Shown piece after piece: positions 39,201-52,547 of a stretch of DNA of 64,000 nucleotides. The stretch is from the NCBI RefSeq assembly GCF_036321535.1, contig NC_087437.1, positions 99,202,001 to 99,266,000 on the forward strand, given 5' to 3'. Source of the stretch: Camelus dromedarius (taxonomy: Eukaryota). The notes under the pieces were generated by a model that saw only the letters and a program-made list of their open reading frames with translations, had not been told where the DNA came from and ran no database searches. The first letter of the stretch is position 1, and each line of letters opens with the position of its first letter. A program made the translations under genes and the position numbers.

Positions 39201-41057
39201 TGTTCGAAATAGACTTAAAATGATCTAGTTAATTCCCTTATTTTGCAAATGGGCTCAGGAAGTATGGAAAGGAAATGCTATTTGATTTGCCCAAGTTCAC
39301 AGAATAGTTTATGGCAGACTCAGAAAAAGAACCAAGATTTTTTTTAATTTTTTTTTAAAAAAATCTGATTTTAAGGGTAATATTTTCTCTGAAATACAGT
39401 ATTTCTGATTATAAAATAAAATTATAAATTTGAAAAATTCAAGAGGGGTCTGGAAAAATAGTAAAATGTCTAACTTACTCTGTATGAGTTACTGTGGTTA
39501 CACAAACTATTTAAAAATACATACATCTTTTGAATAATATTGTGGTTTCCTCCTAGAAATGATTTTATATCTTTCTTTTAAATGCTAAAACACACATGAT
39601 ATTTTTGTGGTATCATATGAGGGATGTACATTTGGATTAAAAATAAAAGAGAGTAAAGGTGAAAGTAGCTTATAAGATAGATACAGAAAAAAACCCTGGA
39701 TTTTTGAATTACAAATTTATAAATTATAGTGAGATGGTATAGTCTGGATGTAGAAGTGCATATAAATACTTCAGTGTCATTTCTTAAAAATTTTTGTTCT
39801 GTGGAGATTTCAAGTGAGATAATCAAAGTGACAGTGCTGTTACAGATGTGGACACACCACCTCACTTCTGGAGAGTGATATCTCTTCTCTCCACATGCAT
39901 TCTGGATTATATATTCTCTTAAGTCCTCAAGGATCTTGCTCCACTGATGATCCTTCTTTTCCTTGTATCATCATCTCCCTTTCAACCAACTCTTTCCTCC
40001 CAGCACTCGAAACTCCCCAGTTTTCACGCATCATAACCAGATGAACAAAACAGTAACAGTTGCCTCCTGTAAACCTGTTTCCTCTTTATCTCCGGCTCTT
40101 CCGTCTTTCTGGTGGACAAGAGGTCAGGAGAGCTGGAGAAACACTCAAACTAGCTTGGGATGAGGAATGTGACTTCTCTGCACCCCCCAGAGTTGATAGT
40201 TTTATGCTTTGTAAAACATGAAATAATTTTTTAAAAGATAGTTTTATCAAATGATTTGTAATATCTCTTTCACCTCTAAAATTAAGTGCATCTTAAGAGA
40301 GAAGAGAGGCAACACATTTAGAAGCTATTTATTCATTATTACTAGACTAACTAAATGTGTATTTGACACAGTATTACTACAATTTATAGCCATGATTTCA
40401 CTTGCATTGATTTATTTTGAGGTTCTATCCTCACCCAAATTTCTAATGGTACAAGGGAGAGAGTAAAGTTATTTTAAATAAGGATGAAGGAAATAGTCTA
40501 TTTTTAAATGAAATAAGCTCTTTGTTCTGTTGAAAAAGAGCATGAGACTTGAAGTCTGTTAAAGTCTATTGGACTTCAAGTTACCCCAAAATTATTTGAA
40601 AAGAGAATAGGAATCAAAACAGCTCAGTTCTGCTGTGAGCTGTGCCACTCTCCATTTATGTGACATTAGAAAAACAATGGCTTATCCATTTATACAAGGA
40701 GGGGCATGAGACCAGATAAGATCATTTAACATTTTAGAAGTGAATGTTCCTTTTCTTTTCCCTTTTTGGAAGTGGAATCCTTTTTAGATTTTCACTAAAT
40801 CCTTTCACTTCACTTTAAGATTTCAAATGAAATTGAGTCAGAAGCCCCAAATACAGAACAGATAAAATGCAACTGCTCTGGTTGGGTTAGAGGTGGGACC
40901 TCAGAGCCCTAAGCTTTCGCCCCTCCTGTGCTTCACCTGGTGCCCAACCGCTGCAGGAGGTAGTCACTTATGTTCCCTGGAGTTTGAAATTAGACTGTTA
41001 CGTTTTCATTTTTGTTTTTGCTTTTGTCAGCTGCTAATAAATAAATGTAAATAAAAT

Positions 41058-41076
41058 ATCCACTAGATGGCAGTAG
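41058..41076 (+). promoter_or_regulatory. Candidate CTCF binding site
   Basis: CCACTAGATGGCAGTA closely matches the CTCF core CCASYAGRKGGCRS, in non-repeat sequence. Confidence 0.55.
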
Positions 41077-41716
41077 ATCAAATCTTTGTTCTGATACTTT
41101 CAATGGACAATCTTCAGTCCAATGTTTAAGCACATAGTTGGATTACTTACAAAACTTTCAGAATTCCATTTTCTCATAGTTTATACTCTGAAATTCTTCT
41201 TCAGCCTTTCAATTTATTTTCACTTGGTGTTCCGTTTTTAAGACATTGTGGAATTATTGGCTGGTCAAAACAGTCTTTATGCCTGGTGAAATATTACTTG
41301 TTCTGGTCATGGGAATTCTTAAAAATTGCATAATATTCAAATATATACATTTACATGAGCATTTAAATTTATTTGTAATACCCTCTTGATTTTCCAGCTC
41401 TCCTAGAAGCCTAATCTTTAACCCAAAGGTGGTGGTGACCTGGTTACTCATCTTTCCTACACCCTAACCCAGCACTGAGATTCCCATGATAATTGTGTGT
41501 TAAAGTTGTGAGGAAGAGATGCTTTTGGGTTATGCTAGGTGATGAGAGTTCACGATAAGATGACCAGGCAACATTGAGGATGCCCTCCTCCCCCCCAGAA
41601 GTTGCTACCTGCTCCTCTCTTTTTGGGGGGGGGGGCATTTATTTATACTCTCCAGGAGAGAAGAATTTGTTGAGTGAATTTGTTGTAATTTTACATAGTG
41701 ATAAAGTTAATTTATC

Positions 41717-42086
41717 TGTTGGGTCGGACAAAATGGAGACTGCCCCAGTGGCCCAGCCCACATCAGAAATCTAAACCTCAGTCAGCCTGCACCTATGAGA
41801 AACAACTGTCAGGAAAACCTAACATATGTCAGTCACAGCTCGCTCACTGCACCCTAGAAGATGGGACCTGCTAGCCTTATAAGGAAATCCTCAGCCTCGC
41901 AGCTAATCATGCCCTGTTTCTTTGTTGCCTCTTCTAAAGCTCTGTAAACACTCTTGCCCCTTACCCCCGGGAACAGGGCTTCGCTGCTTGTGAGGCTCTG
42001 TACCCCTCCGATAGATGAACCGTTGTCCTTTGACTAAAGGACATTAAACTTGTTACTCAACTGTATTCATTGTTGTCATTTGACCA
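41717..42086 (+). mobile_element. Solo ERV LTR, family not identified (ERV1-like)
   Basis: A GC-richer 370-bp block with TG...CA ends, aaaatggag near the 5' end, TATAA (~41878), ATTAAA (~42043) and a gtcatttgac terminus. Confidence 0.6.
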
Positions 42087-43329
42087 TAGAGCTCCTATAT
42101 GCAGTCTCTTTAAGTTTCCTTAAAGCTGGTTGGATCCCATTGAGGGCAGCTTATATGTAGAAAGGTCAAGGTAAAAGATCAAAGTTTTGGTGTATTTTCT
42201 AGGTGAAATTAGTAATAGCTCCCTATTTTACTCTCAGGATTGTCCCAATTAGGATAATAAATTACACAATTACCTGAGTGCATAGTTTTCTTTGCCTTGA
42301 GCTAATTCCTGTTCTTCAAGCCAGGATCCTGTTGCTTAAGACCTGGCTACTGTGGGAAGAACTGCCTGAGGCTACTTACTCAGGAAGGGGCTGAGAAGCG
42401 CAGGCACTGAGCGTCTGGACTACCAATCGTGTAGCCCTAAGAATAAAGGAAGGAGAATTTAAAGAATAAAGCTAACTTTAAATTCATGTTTCTACCTCAT
42501 AGTTCAGTTTTATCTGCTAGATATAGTCTTTTTCTAATGCGTTGTGGAAACAAGAATGTGATTTTCATTTATAAGGAAGATTATAAAGCTAGAAAAGAAT
42601 TTAAGTGGTTTGCCTGTATTGCATTATAAATATCAGACAAAATTCCAAAATTAGACCTCCAAAGATGATGAATTCACAATCTCTAATGCATAAATGGTAG
42701 ACTGAGTCTTTCAATTATCACTCTTAATAATAATTCACATCGCGACTAAATGTATGGAAAGTAGTTATCTTTCAATCTAAGTCATTACCCAAAATTCTCT
42801 TTAATAATTGTATCTTTAGGTCTTTAAATACTTTTTTCCTCACATTAGTCCTCTACCATTTTAATTGAATAGATTTAATACAGTGAATCATACATTGCAA
42901 AAGTCTATTTTTGCCCTCAGAACAGGATTATAATGAACAAATGTTAAGGGACCATTTGGAATGTTTTACCTGCAGAGACTGGGGGATATTATTTTTCAAA
43001 ATGTAAAGAGTTGTTTTTTCAGAGGGCTGTGATGAGCTTTTTGCCTATCTCCATGTAGAACACCACAAAGAGAGATTAAATGACTTGAGGCATTTTGTTT
43101 AGAATAACTTCAGGAAACCTTGTTTTCCTGCTATCAGATTAGGCCTCTAAAGACATTTATGCAAAGCTTTTTCTCTGAAAATCTTTTATTTCACCTGTGG
43201 TGTTTTGGACATCATCGAGCCAAGTTGGAGGGCAGTGGACATAACGGCCTCACAAATGTTACTGTATTACTTTGATTAGATAAAGTATAGAAATAGCCAC
43301 TTGTTTGGCTGAAAATCTGTCTTTCTGGA

Positions 43330-43744
43330 AGTTTCACTCTGTTCACCGAATGATCCCATTACATTGTCTTCCTTTTGAGTACAAAGGAAGAGTAGATTCC
43401 TCAGCCCTCTGAAAGGGAGGCAGCACCGTGTGACTAGCCTGGCCAATGAAATGTGCTCGGAAGCCATTGGTCACTTCCTGGAAGAGCCTTGAGAAGCCAT
43501 GTGCTCACTGTCCTTGTTCTTCCAGTCACAGTTGCAGTGGGACCATGTATTGAGATGGCAGAGGCCCACGGGCGAAAGAGCCTGGAGTTCCGAGATTCTG
43601 ATTGCAGATGGGCTATTTGAAAGTGAAAGAGAGTGAAATATTCTAAAAACTAAGTGAAAAAGAAATAATTCTATGTCATAAGTCACTGAAATTTCAGGCT
43701 TTATTTACCACCATAGTGTAATTGGGCCTTTCTTGACTAACATA
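43330..43744 (+). mobile_element. Old MaLR LTR (MLT1I/J-like)
   Basis: gtgtgactagcctggccaatgaaatgtg...gtcacttcctggaagagcctt...aagtcactgaaatttcagg...cttgactaa. Confidence 0.7.
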
Positions 43745-46700
43745 AGGATTACATGAATTTTAGTTTTGCAGTTTAATTTTATTTTTCTGACTTGGTTAGT
43801 CCTTGCCGTAACAGATTCTTTTAAGCAATTATTGAATGAGACAGGTCATCACTTCAAAGTTAAAAAAGACATGACATTAGACTACCATAGTAAATAATTT
43901 TAATTTGACTAAAATGTGGGGAATTATCCACAACCTGTAGGATTATTTTAGCCATCAAATATAATCTGAAAGAAGAATCCTTATAAGAAGAGAAGGAAAG
44001 ATCTGTATTATCCTATAGTTTGTGGTTTAAAAGATCAGTCTGTTATTTCATAGTTCTTAGTTTTTATTTGTAAAGTAATAGTATTGTAGAACTAGAAAAA
44101 TAATTAAGTTTCCAAGACACATAAACTCTTTCAGCATAAGTACAATATAACTGTTCACCTTACAGATATGCAACTGTGTCTTGGTTTGCATGGAGCAGTC
44201 TCAGTTTGTGTGTATTTTTTGGTAATTTGTGTGTGTGTGTTTTTGGTAATAATAGTGTCCCCTTTTTGCAAAGGTTGTGCTTTATTGGATGATACCCTGT
44301 ATTATATGTCCATAGGGCCAGATGGTAGTTTGGAAAACATGTATCTGGTGAAGCTAAATTTTCTTCCTTATTCATTCTGTGGAACATATTCACATGTGCA
44401 TGAAAATAACATTATATGGGGTTGCTAGATGCCCAGACCAGCTCACAGAAAAATTTAAAATTCATAACTGAGTTAAACCATAGTGATTAGGAAATGTAAA
44501 AAAAAAAATTTTATAGGTTTCTGTGGATTTATTCAGGCATCAAATGAAAAATGTGGTGTAGGTTCCAATAACCAACTTGCCAAAGAATTTAGACTACTTT
44601 TTCATTTGGGCACAAACAATGGTTTTTAATGCAGCTTTCATTATTAGTACTATTAATATTTTATTTTTTATTGTGGAAAATTTTGAAGATACCAAAATTA
44701 AGTAACAGTGTATTAAATCACCATGCAGCTATGACCCCAGTCCAAACAACCATCAACAAATGGCCAGTTCTGTCCTATCCATACCCCATCTAGTTTTTTT
44801 CTCTCATATTATTTTGAAGTAAATTTGGATATCATACATTATCATTTTATCCTTACACATTTCAACATTTATCTCCAAATGATAAGTACTCTTTGATAAA
44901 TGTCATATTATGTGGTTTTCATATCATGGTATATGTTTAACAAATGTTTGTCAAAGTAGGTTTGGGTTGAAGATTAACATGTCTGCAGTTAGCCACATTA
45001 AATAGATGCTGTCTCCCGGACTAACAGTCTTCCCATTTCACCTTTATCAGAACAAATTACCTTTAAACATTCCAAAAGTAAACTCTAAATTTCCCTTTAG
45101 ACAATTTAGAAGTATATGTACACACTCCAATCCAGAGATCAAGGAGCTGTGAAGATGTGTTCTGCAGCTGTACCCCTTTGAAGTTCTCTGCTCTGACACT
45201 TCAGATAACAGTATAACTCAGGTTTCCAGGGAACTGAGCAGTCTACTCTTCAAAGAAAAGGTGGATACCTTAGGCTGACAGGTTAACTTCAAGGAAGGTA
45301 ATTCTAATAAATGGAACTTACGGAGTAAATGTTAAGAGGACCAAAAAGTGCCTTTTATAGGCCTCTTTATTGAGACTTGGAAGCAACAGCATGTTATAAG
45401 CAAATCTTATTTTCTTTGTGCTAGAGTCATTCCTTATAATCTTTTAATGTACTTTGCAGGATTTGTGGAAAAGGAAAGTTACTCCCTTTCTGTTTCATAT
45501 TTCAGAACTTATAGTTAAACCATGTCTCTGATTCATTTAAAAAGAGAAAGCCAAACATGTTTTTTATTTATTTATCAAATATGTTCTGTTTTTGCCATTT
45601 AGTTCCCATAAAGCCGAGGTCAACCCTTGATTCTTTAATCATGTAATGATAGTAATAACATTTTAAATCTATAAAGGTACTATAAGGATTAAGTGGGATC
45701 ATCTATGTAGAGATTTTTTTAAGTCAGATCTATTTCTGTGTTTATATAGAATATAATACTAAAATTTTAAGTGTACAATTTTTTGTTTTGACAAATCCAT
45801 ATATTCATGTAACTAACACCATAATTATGGTAGAGAATATTTCCTTCACGTCCAAAAGTATCCTGGTGACCCTTTATGATCAGGCCCCTCCTCTCACCTT
45901 CAGCTTCTGTCAACCACTGATTTGCATTGTCATTACAGTTTTGCATTTCTGAAATTTCATATAAATGAAATCATATGGTATGTGGTAATTTACTTCCATT
46001 TAATTTTAGAATCCCCTTGTCAATGTCTACATAAATACCTGCTGAGTTTTTCATTGGGAGTTCATAATGCCACAAATGTATATGAAGAAAATTAAAACCT
46101 TTGTAGTTTATGTATTTTGTTTCCTGAACATGGCATCTTTTTTCATTGTTTTTTAGCTGTCTTTTAATTCCACTCAGCAATATTTTGGAAACTCCACAAC
46201 ACATGCATTTTGGTAAAAATAATTTGTATATCTATGTATTTCGTGTTTGTTGGGTCTACTGTAAAGAACATTTAAATTTTATTATTTGGTTGTTTGTTAT
46301 TAATATATAGAAATATATGACTGATTTTTGTATATTTACCTTGAATCTTCTGCCTTTACTAAACTCACTTCTTAGTTCCAATAGCATTTTTTGTAGATTT
46401 CTTTGGATTGTTTACATAAATGTTCATGTCATCTGTATATAAAAAGTTTCATGTTTTCCTTTCCAATATGTATGACATTTATTTTTTACTGACTTATTCA
46501 TTTTATTATCAGTCGCACTATTTTTGCTTTATTGCACTGCAGTGTTGTGCAGTGTTTGTACAAAGCTGAGCAAAAGTGGTAAGGACAGACGTCTTTGCCT
46601 TGCTCCTGATCTTAGAGTAAAGCTTTCAGTCTTTCACAAGAATTACATAAGCTGCAAGGTTTTTGTGGATATTTTTATCAGATTACCTTTCACTCATAGT

Positions 46701-47948
46701 TTGTAGCTAATTTTAATTAAAATTGGATTTTGAATTTATCAGCTGCTCTGTTACATATGTGTTGAAATAAGCATGTGATCTCTTTCCTGTTATTTAATAA
46801 TATGGTAGGTTATGTAGAATACTGAATATTAAACAAATCTTATTCACTAGAATAGTGTGCTGTTTCTTTTTATGAATTATCAGATATTATTTGCTAATAT
46901 TTTGTTTGAGGTTTTTACATGTATGTTCAGGAAGCTTATTGATCTGTTCTGTGTATGTATGTTCGTGTATATTCGTTTATTTAAAAATTGTCTTTGGTTT
47001 TCTGATCAGATAATTTCGGCCTCTTAAAGTGAGTTAGAAAGTATTCTCCCTCTTCTCCTTCCTGAAGAGTTTGTGCAAAATTAGAATTATTTCTTTCTTA
47101 AATAAGAATTTATGGGAAGACTTTACCAATGACGTCATCTAGGCATGGAACTTTCTTTGTGAGAAGAACTTTAATTATGACTTCAATTTTTTTAATAGTT
47201 ATAAGGCTGTCTAGTTATCTGTTCCTTGTTGAGGGAGATTTATTTGTATATTTCAAGAGATTTCATTTCACTTCATCTAAGATGTCAATAAGCATATAGT
47301 TTATTAATAATATTCCTTTTTTGTCATTTTAAAGTCTACAGGACCTATATGTATGTTCATGTTTTCTTTATTGATATTGTTTATTTGTGTATTTTTTTCT
47401 TGTTTCCTGATTATTGCAGTTAATGCCTTAATTTTTTTCCCTCAGTTCAAAGAACCAGATTTTGGTTTCATTGATTTCCTGTGTGTTTTTCTCTTTTTCT
47501 TGATTTTTTGCACACACCTTTATTATTTTCTCCCTTCTACTTACTTTGGGGATTTTTTTTGATCTATTTTTTATTTCTTACAGTGGAAGCTTAAATAACT
47601 GATGTTAGATCTTTCTTAGTGCTATGTATTTCCTTTTAAGCACTGCTTTAGCTGCAAATTTTTATGTTATGTTTTTGCTTAAAATGTTATGTAATTTATT
47701 CTTTTACTTATGGTTTATTTAGTGATGTTTTATTTAATTTTGGCATATTTGAGGATTTTAAAAATATTATTTATTTCTAGATTAATACATTATTGTCGGA
47801 GAATTTCGTATGATTTGTTTTCTTAAATTTATTTAGCTTAATCTGTTGAGGGCTTTTATATTCTTACTGATTTTCTGTCTGCCTTTTTTTTTTTTTAATC
47901 AATTATGAGGGAGTTGTGTTACATCTCCAATTATAATATTGGATCTGC

Positions 47949-50125
47949 TTTTTTTTTTTCCTTTTATTTCTGTACTTGGATATCTGTTTCCTTCTTTAGG
48001 TTTGGGAATTTTTCAATCATAATTTCTTCAAACATATTTTTGATCTCCTTTCCTCTTTCTCTTCCTTCCGGGACCCTTATTATGCGTAGATAGGCATAGC
48101 TTATGTTGTCCCTTAGGTCCCTTACGGTGCTTTTATTTTGAATATTTGCTTTTCTGTCTGCTGTTCTGATTGGCTGGTTTCCATTATTATGTCTTCTAAT
48201 CATTTATTCGTTCTTCTGCAACATTTAGTCTGCTACTGACTGCCTTCAGCTCGGCTTTTATCTCAGCAGCTGAGTTTTCTGATTTTAATTGGCTTGTCTT
48301 TATAGTTTTTATTTCCTTTTTATGGTATTCTGCATTTCTGTCGCTAGCTTCTCATGTCCTTCCGTGCTTTTATCATCTCCTTTTTGAACTCAAGTTCTGT
48401 TAGAATGTGGAGCTCTGAGTCATTGTTTATTCTTTCAGGGGACTTTTCTTGTTCTTTTAATTGGGAGTGGTTCCTCAGCTTCTTCAGTTTACTTCTATAT
48501 CTCTAACTGCATGAATTTAGGAGTAGCAGTCATCTACTGTGGTCTTGAAGGGCTGTTTTTATGCAGGAGTGTCCCTGTGAAGACTGTGTACACCTAATGT
48601 TTTTGTTGCAAGGGCTGTTTTTAGTATGGATGGCGGCCACATCTTTCCTCCTTGTGTATTGGTTGTTATCCCCTTGATTGGGGGTGTGATTGGTGTTGTG
48701 GTGACTTCTGGATATTAAGCCAGGCCTTCTCTTTGCTCTGTGGTTGTCACAGCCCTGTCGGTGGCTGGGTCTGCTCCCTGCTGTTGGAGTAGAGGCCCCC
48801 AGACCCATTTCTGAGCTGTGGTGTGTGGTAGGCAGGACTGGAGCACATCTGCTGGGAGAGGAGTTGCTGAATATGCCTCCGCAGGAGATGTCCCCTGGAA
48901 AGTGCCCTCTGCGGTGTTGTCTGGCACTCATTGTGCTAGTTTACGGAGTGCACTTTGTTGACACTGCCCTTGTCCCTGCCTCTGCCATGGGAATGCTGGG
49001 AACCTACTATGGTGTCCCTCAGATGCTGTGCTCACAAAGTCACTAGTGCAGATTTGTTGACGTCAGGCACCAGGACCTGCCATAGTGTGCATAGAGTCAT
49101 GTGCCAGGATCCACTGTGGGCTACAGGGTCAACCTAGGCCCCAGCCGCATCTCAGTGTACACACACCTGCTGTTAACACCAGACCTGCCTCTGCCGTGCA
49201 CCAGTATTCTGCTCAGATGTCTTAGAGGCTCTGAGTTTCCAAAGGCACTAGCAAAGTAAATCTGCCTGGGGCTCAACTCAAATTTCAGCCCCACCTCCAC
49301 TTGGGAGCTGCTCACCAGTGATTGTGCCCTTCTGGAGCAAGCTGAAAAGACTGCTGTGTCTAGATCCTGCTCCTCCCCCTTGTAAGAGTGCATTAACAAT
49401 GGGGCGGCTGAGCAGTGCCCTGCAGGCTAGTGGACGAGGCTATGGCTGGGCTGCTTTGTGTCCCTCCTTCCGCAAGAGCATGTTAATAATGGGGCAGCCA
49501 AGCAGTGCCCTCTGGGCCAGCAGAGAAGGCTGCTGTGGCCAGGTCGCACACACCAACAGTGGAGCTTTCTATGGTAGACCTTGGCTCTTTTGCACACACT
49601 TCCAACCTCAGCCTGCACCACATTCCAGCCCTCTGAGGCTGCCTCTGTGCATGCAACTCCAGTATTGTCCCTCGGTCCATCCTCTGAGGCTCAAGCTCCA
49701 GCACCCAGTTCTGGCCTGCACCAGCCAGGTCACATTTCAGGCTAGGGATCGCAGGGACGCTCAGCTGTGCCAGTTTCTCTCCGTTTTGTCTGCCAAGTGG
49801 CTGCTGCTTTGTCCTCAGAGCTTCTGTGGCTCCCTTCTGTCCCGGCTGACCTCCTTGCTAGAGAGGGGGCTTCCCAGGGTGAGGGCACTTTTCCTCCTTC
49901 CCCACTCCCTCCATGAGGGGCAGATCCCACCCCAATTTCCTTTTTCTTTTTATTTTTTTCCTCCTACCGAATTTTATGAAGATTTTGCTTGTAGTTCCAG
50001 TTATACCAGATCTTCTGCCAAAGCTCACTAGGTATTCTGTGAGAATTGTTCCACATGTAGATTTTTTTTGATGTATTTGTGGGAGAGGGTGAGCTCTGTG
50101 TCCTTCTAGTCCATCCTCTTGAAGC
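47949..50125 (-). mobile_element. Younger 3'-truncated L1 derivative: 5' UTR, N-terminal half of ORF1 and poly(A)
   Basis: The minus strand starts cttcaagaggatggactagaaggacacagagctcaccctctcccacaaatacatc...tctacatgtggaacaattctcacagaatacc, a laurasiatherian L1 5' end. The ORF1 remnant at ~48487-47964 includes RDLRDNI...LRIIRVPEGRERGKEIKNMFEEIMIEKFPNLKKETDIQVQ. It is followed by AATAAA and an A-run. Confidence 0.85.
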
Positions 50126-51807
50126 CTATCCCTTTCCTCTCATTTCTATCCATTTTCTTCATGTACTTTAGTTTTGTTATTAGTCTATCCATATTTAGGT
50201 CTTTTTATATATGCTGATGATTTGATCCTTGTATCATTTATGAATGACAGTCTTTAAGTTATATTCCTTATTATAAACTCTGCTTTGTTCAACATGAATT
50301 TAGCCACTGTAGTGTCTTTAAAATATTTATTTGCTTGGCATATTTACTTTAATTCTTCTGCATTAAAACTATCTATGTCTTTATATTTAAAGTATCTTTC
50401 TGCTAGACAATATCATAGTTGGGTCTTGGTTATCAATTCACTCTGCTTTTTCATTACTTTTATTTGAAATGTTCAGACAATTTACATTTAGTGTAATTTT
50501 AGTATGGTTGTGTTTATGTTTATGATGTTGCTATTTATTTTTCTACTTGTCCCATCTGTTCTTTGCTCCTTTGTTTTCCTTTTCCTTTTCCTTCTTTTGG
50601 GTTAAGTAATTGTTGAGAGTTATTTTTACTTCCACAGTTGGTTTTATCTTTTTGCCTTATTTTTTATTGGTTTCTCTAGGGTTTATAATATACAATCTTT
50701 ACCTTACAACAACACATTTTCAAATAATATTATACCAGCTTATGTGCATAGTCAGAACCTTATGTATTTTTTTCATAAATACAAACAACAGGATATTTCT
50801 GTTCCCCAGCTTTATCCTTTGTGCTATTTGTGTTGAAGATTTCATTTCTCCATATGTTAAAAACAACACAATGCACTTTTAAAACATTAAATTACTTTTT
50901 ATAGTAATGAAAATTAATTTAAAATATTAAAATGTTTGTAATTACCCACCTGATTTCTATTTCTGGTGTTTTTCATTTCTTTGTGCAGTTACAGATTTTT
51001 TTCTGCTATTATTTTTTTGTTCCCTAAAGGTAACTCTTTGACATTTCTTGTACTGTAATTCTGCTGATGATTAACTCTTTTGGTGGTGGTTTCTCTGAAA
51101 AAAAGTTTTAGTTTTACTTCAATTCTGAAGACATTTTTTCTGGGTAAAGAATTATGGGTTAGTTGTTTCTTTTTCTCATTTAGTACTTTACACACTTCTC
51201 TCCATTGTGTTTAGTAGTTTAAGTAGTTTTGAGGAGAAATCTGTTGTAATTCTTATCTTTGCTTCTTGGTGTGTAATGTGTATTTTTTCTGTGGCTGACT
51301 TTAGGACTTTCACTTTATCAGTGATTTTCAGCAATTTGATTTTGTTATGCTGAGTGTGTTTTTCTTTACTTTTATTCTGCTTGGGATTTATTGAGCTTTT
51401 TGAATCTGTGGTTTGGTAAATTTTACCAAATTCAGAAAAGTTTTGGCTTTCATTTTTCAAAAAATGTTTTCTATTCCCACTGTCTCTTCTTCTGGGATTC
51501 CAAGTAGATGTAAGGTAGACTCTATGATGTTTCCTCCTAGAACACTTCTTGGTTCATCTATTTGTTTATTTATGTATTATTTTAGTCTTGTTCCTCTCTG
51601 TGCTTCATTTTGTATAGTTTCTATTGCTATGTCCTCAATTTCACTTTTTTTATTATTATTATTCTGCAATGTATAATATGTTGTTAATCATACCCAGGGT
51701 ATTTTCATTTCTGTTACAGTATTTTCCATCTCTGGAATCCTATGCATGTCTTTTTTATGTCTTCCATTTCTCTTGTCATAAGGCTTACATTTTCTTTTTC
51801 CTTATCT

Positions 51808-52016
51808 TCTTGAACATCAAGGATTTGGATTGTGCAGGTCCACGTATACACAGACTTTTCTCATAAATACAAACAACAGTACTACATGATCTGTGGTTGG
51901 TTGTATCTACAAATGCAGAACTGCAGATACAGAGGGCTGACTATAAAGTCATATGAGGATTTTTGAGCCAGCAGGTTCATGCCCCATTCCTCTGCACTGG
52001 TCAAAGGCAACTGTAT
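51808..52016. mobile_element. TcMar-Tigger MITE (MER8/Tigger2a-like)
   Basis: cttgaacatcaaggatttggattgtgcaggtccacgtatac...tgcagatacagagggctgact; right terminal repeat ggtcaaaggcaactg followed by TA. Confidence 0.7.
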
Positions 52017-52147
52017 ATTTATTGAACTGTTAAAAAATACTTTTTAATAGTTCAGAAATCCCTGTCATTTATGAGTCTTTTTCTACTCTTTGTATAATCA
52101 TAGTTTTTTTTTGCTTTTTTACGTGCTTGGTAACTTTTTACTGGATG

Positions 52148-52547
52148 CTACATTAGTCTGCTCAAGCTGCCATAATAAAATACAGTAGACTGAGTGACTT
52201 AAACAATAGGAATTACTTTCTCACAGTTCTGGAAGCTGGCAGTCCCAGTTCAAGGTCCAGCAACGTCTGTTTCTGATGTGAGCTCTCTTCCTAGCTTGCG
52301 GACAACCACATTCTTGCTGTGTATCCACATGACGTCTTTCTGCATGCAGACAGAGAGAAAGAGAGAGAGAGCTTTCATGTCTCCTCCTTCTTTTATATGG
52401 ACAGTAATCCTACTTGAACAGGCCCCACTTTTGTGAATTCATTTAATCTTAATTACCTCCATTAAGACCCCATCTTCAAATACAATCACCATGGTTGTTG
52501 GAGCTTCATCATGTGAATTTTGGGAGGGCACAATTCAGTACATAACA
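52148..52547 (-). mobile_element. MaLR solo LTR (MLT1A-like), antisense
   Basis: attagtctgctcaagctgccataataaaatac...tttctcacagttctggaagctgg...cacaattcagtacataaca. Confidence 0.85.
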
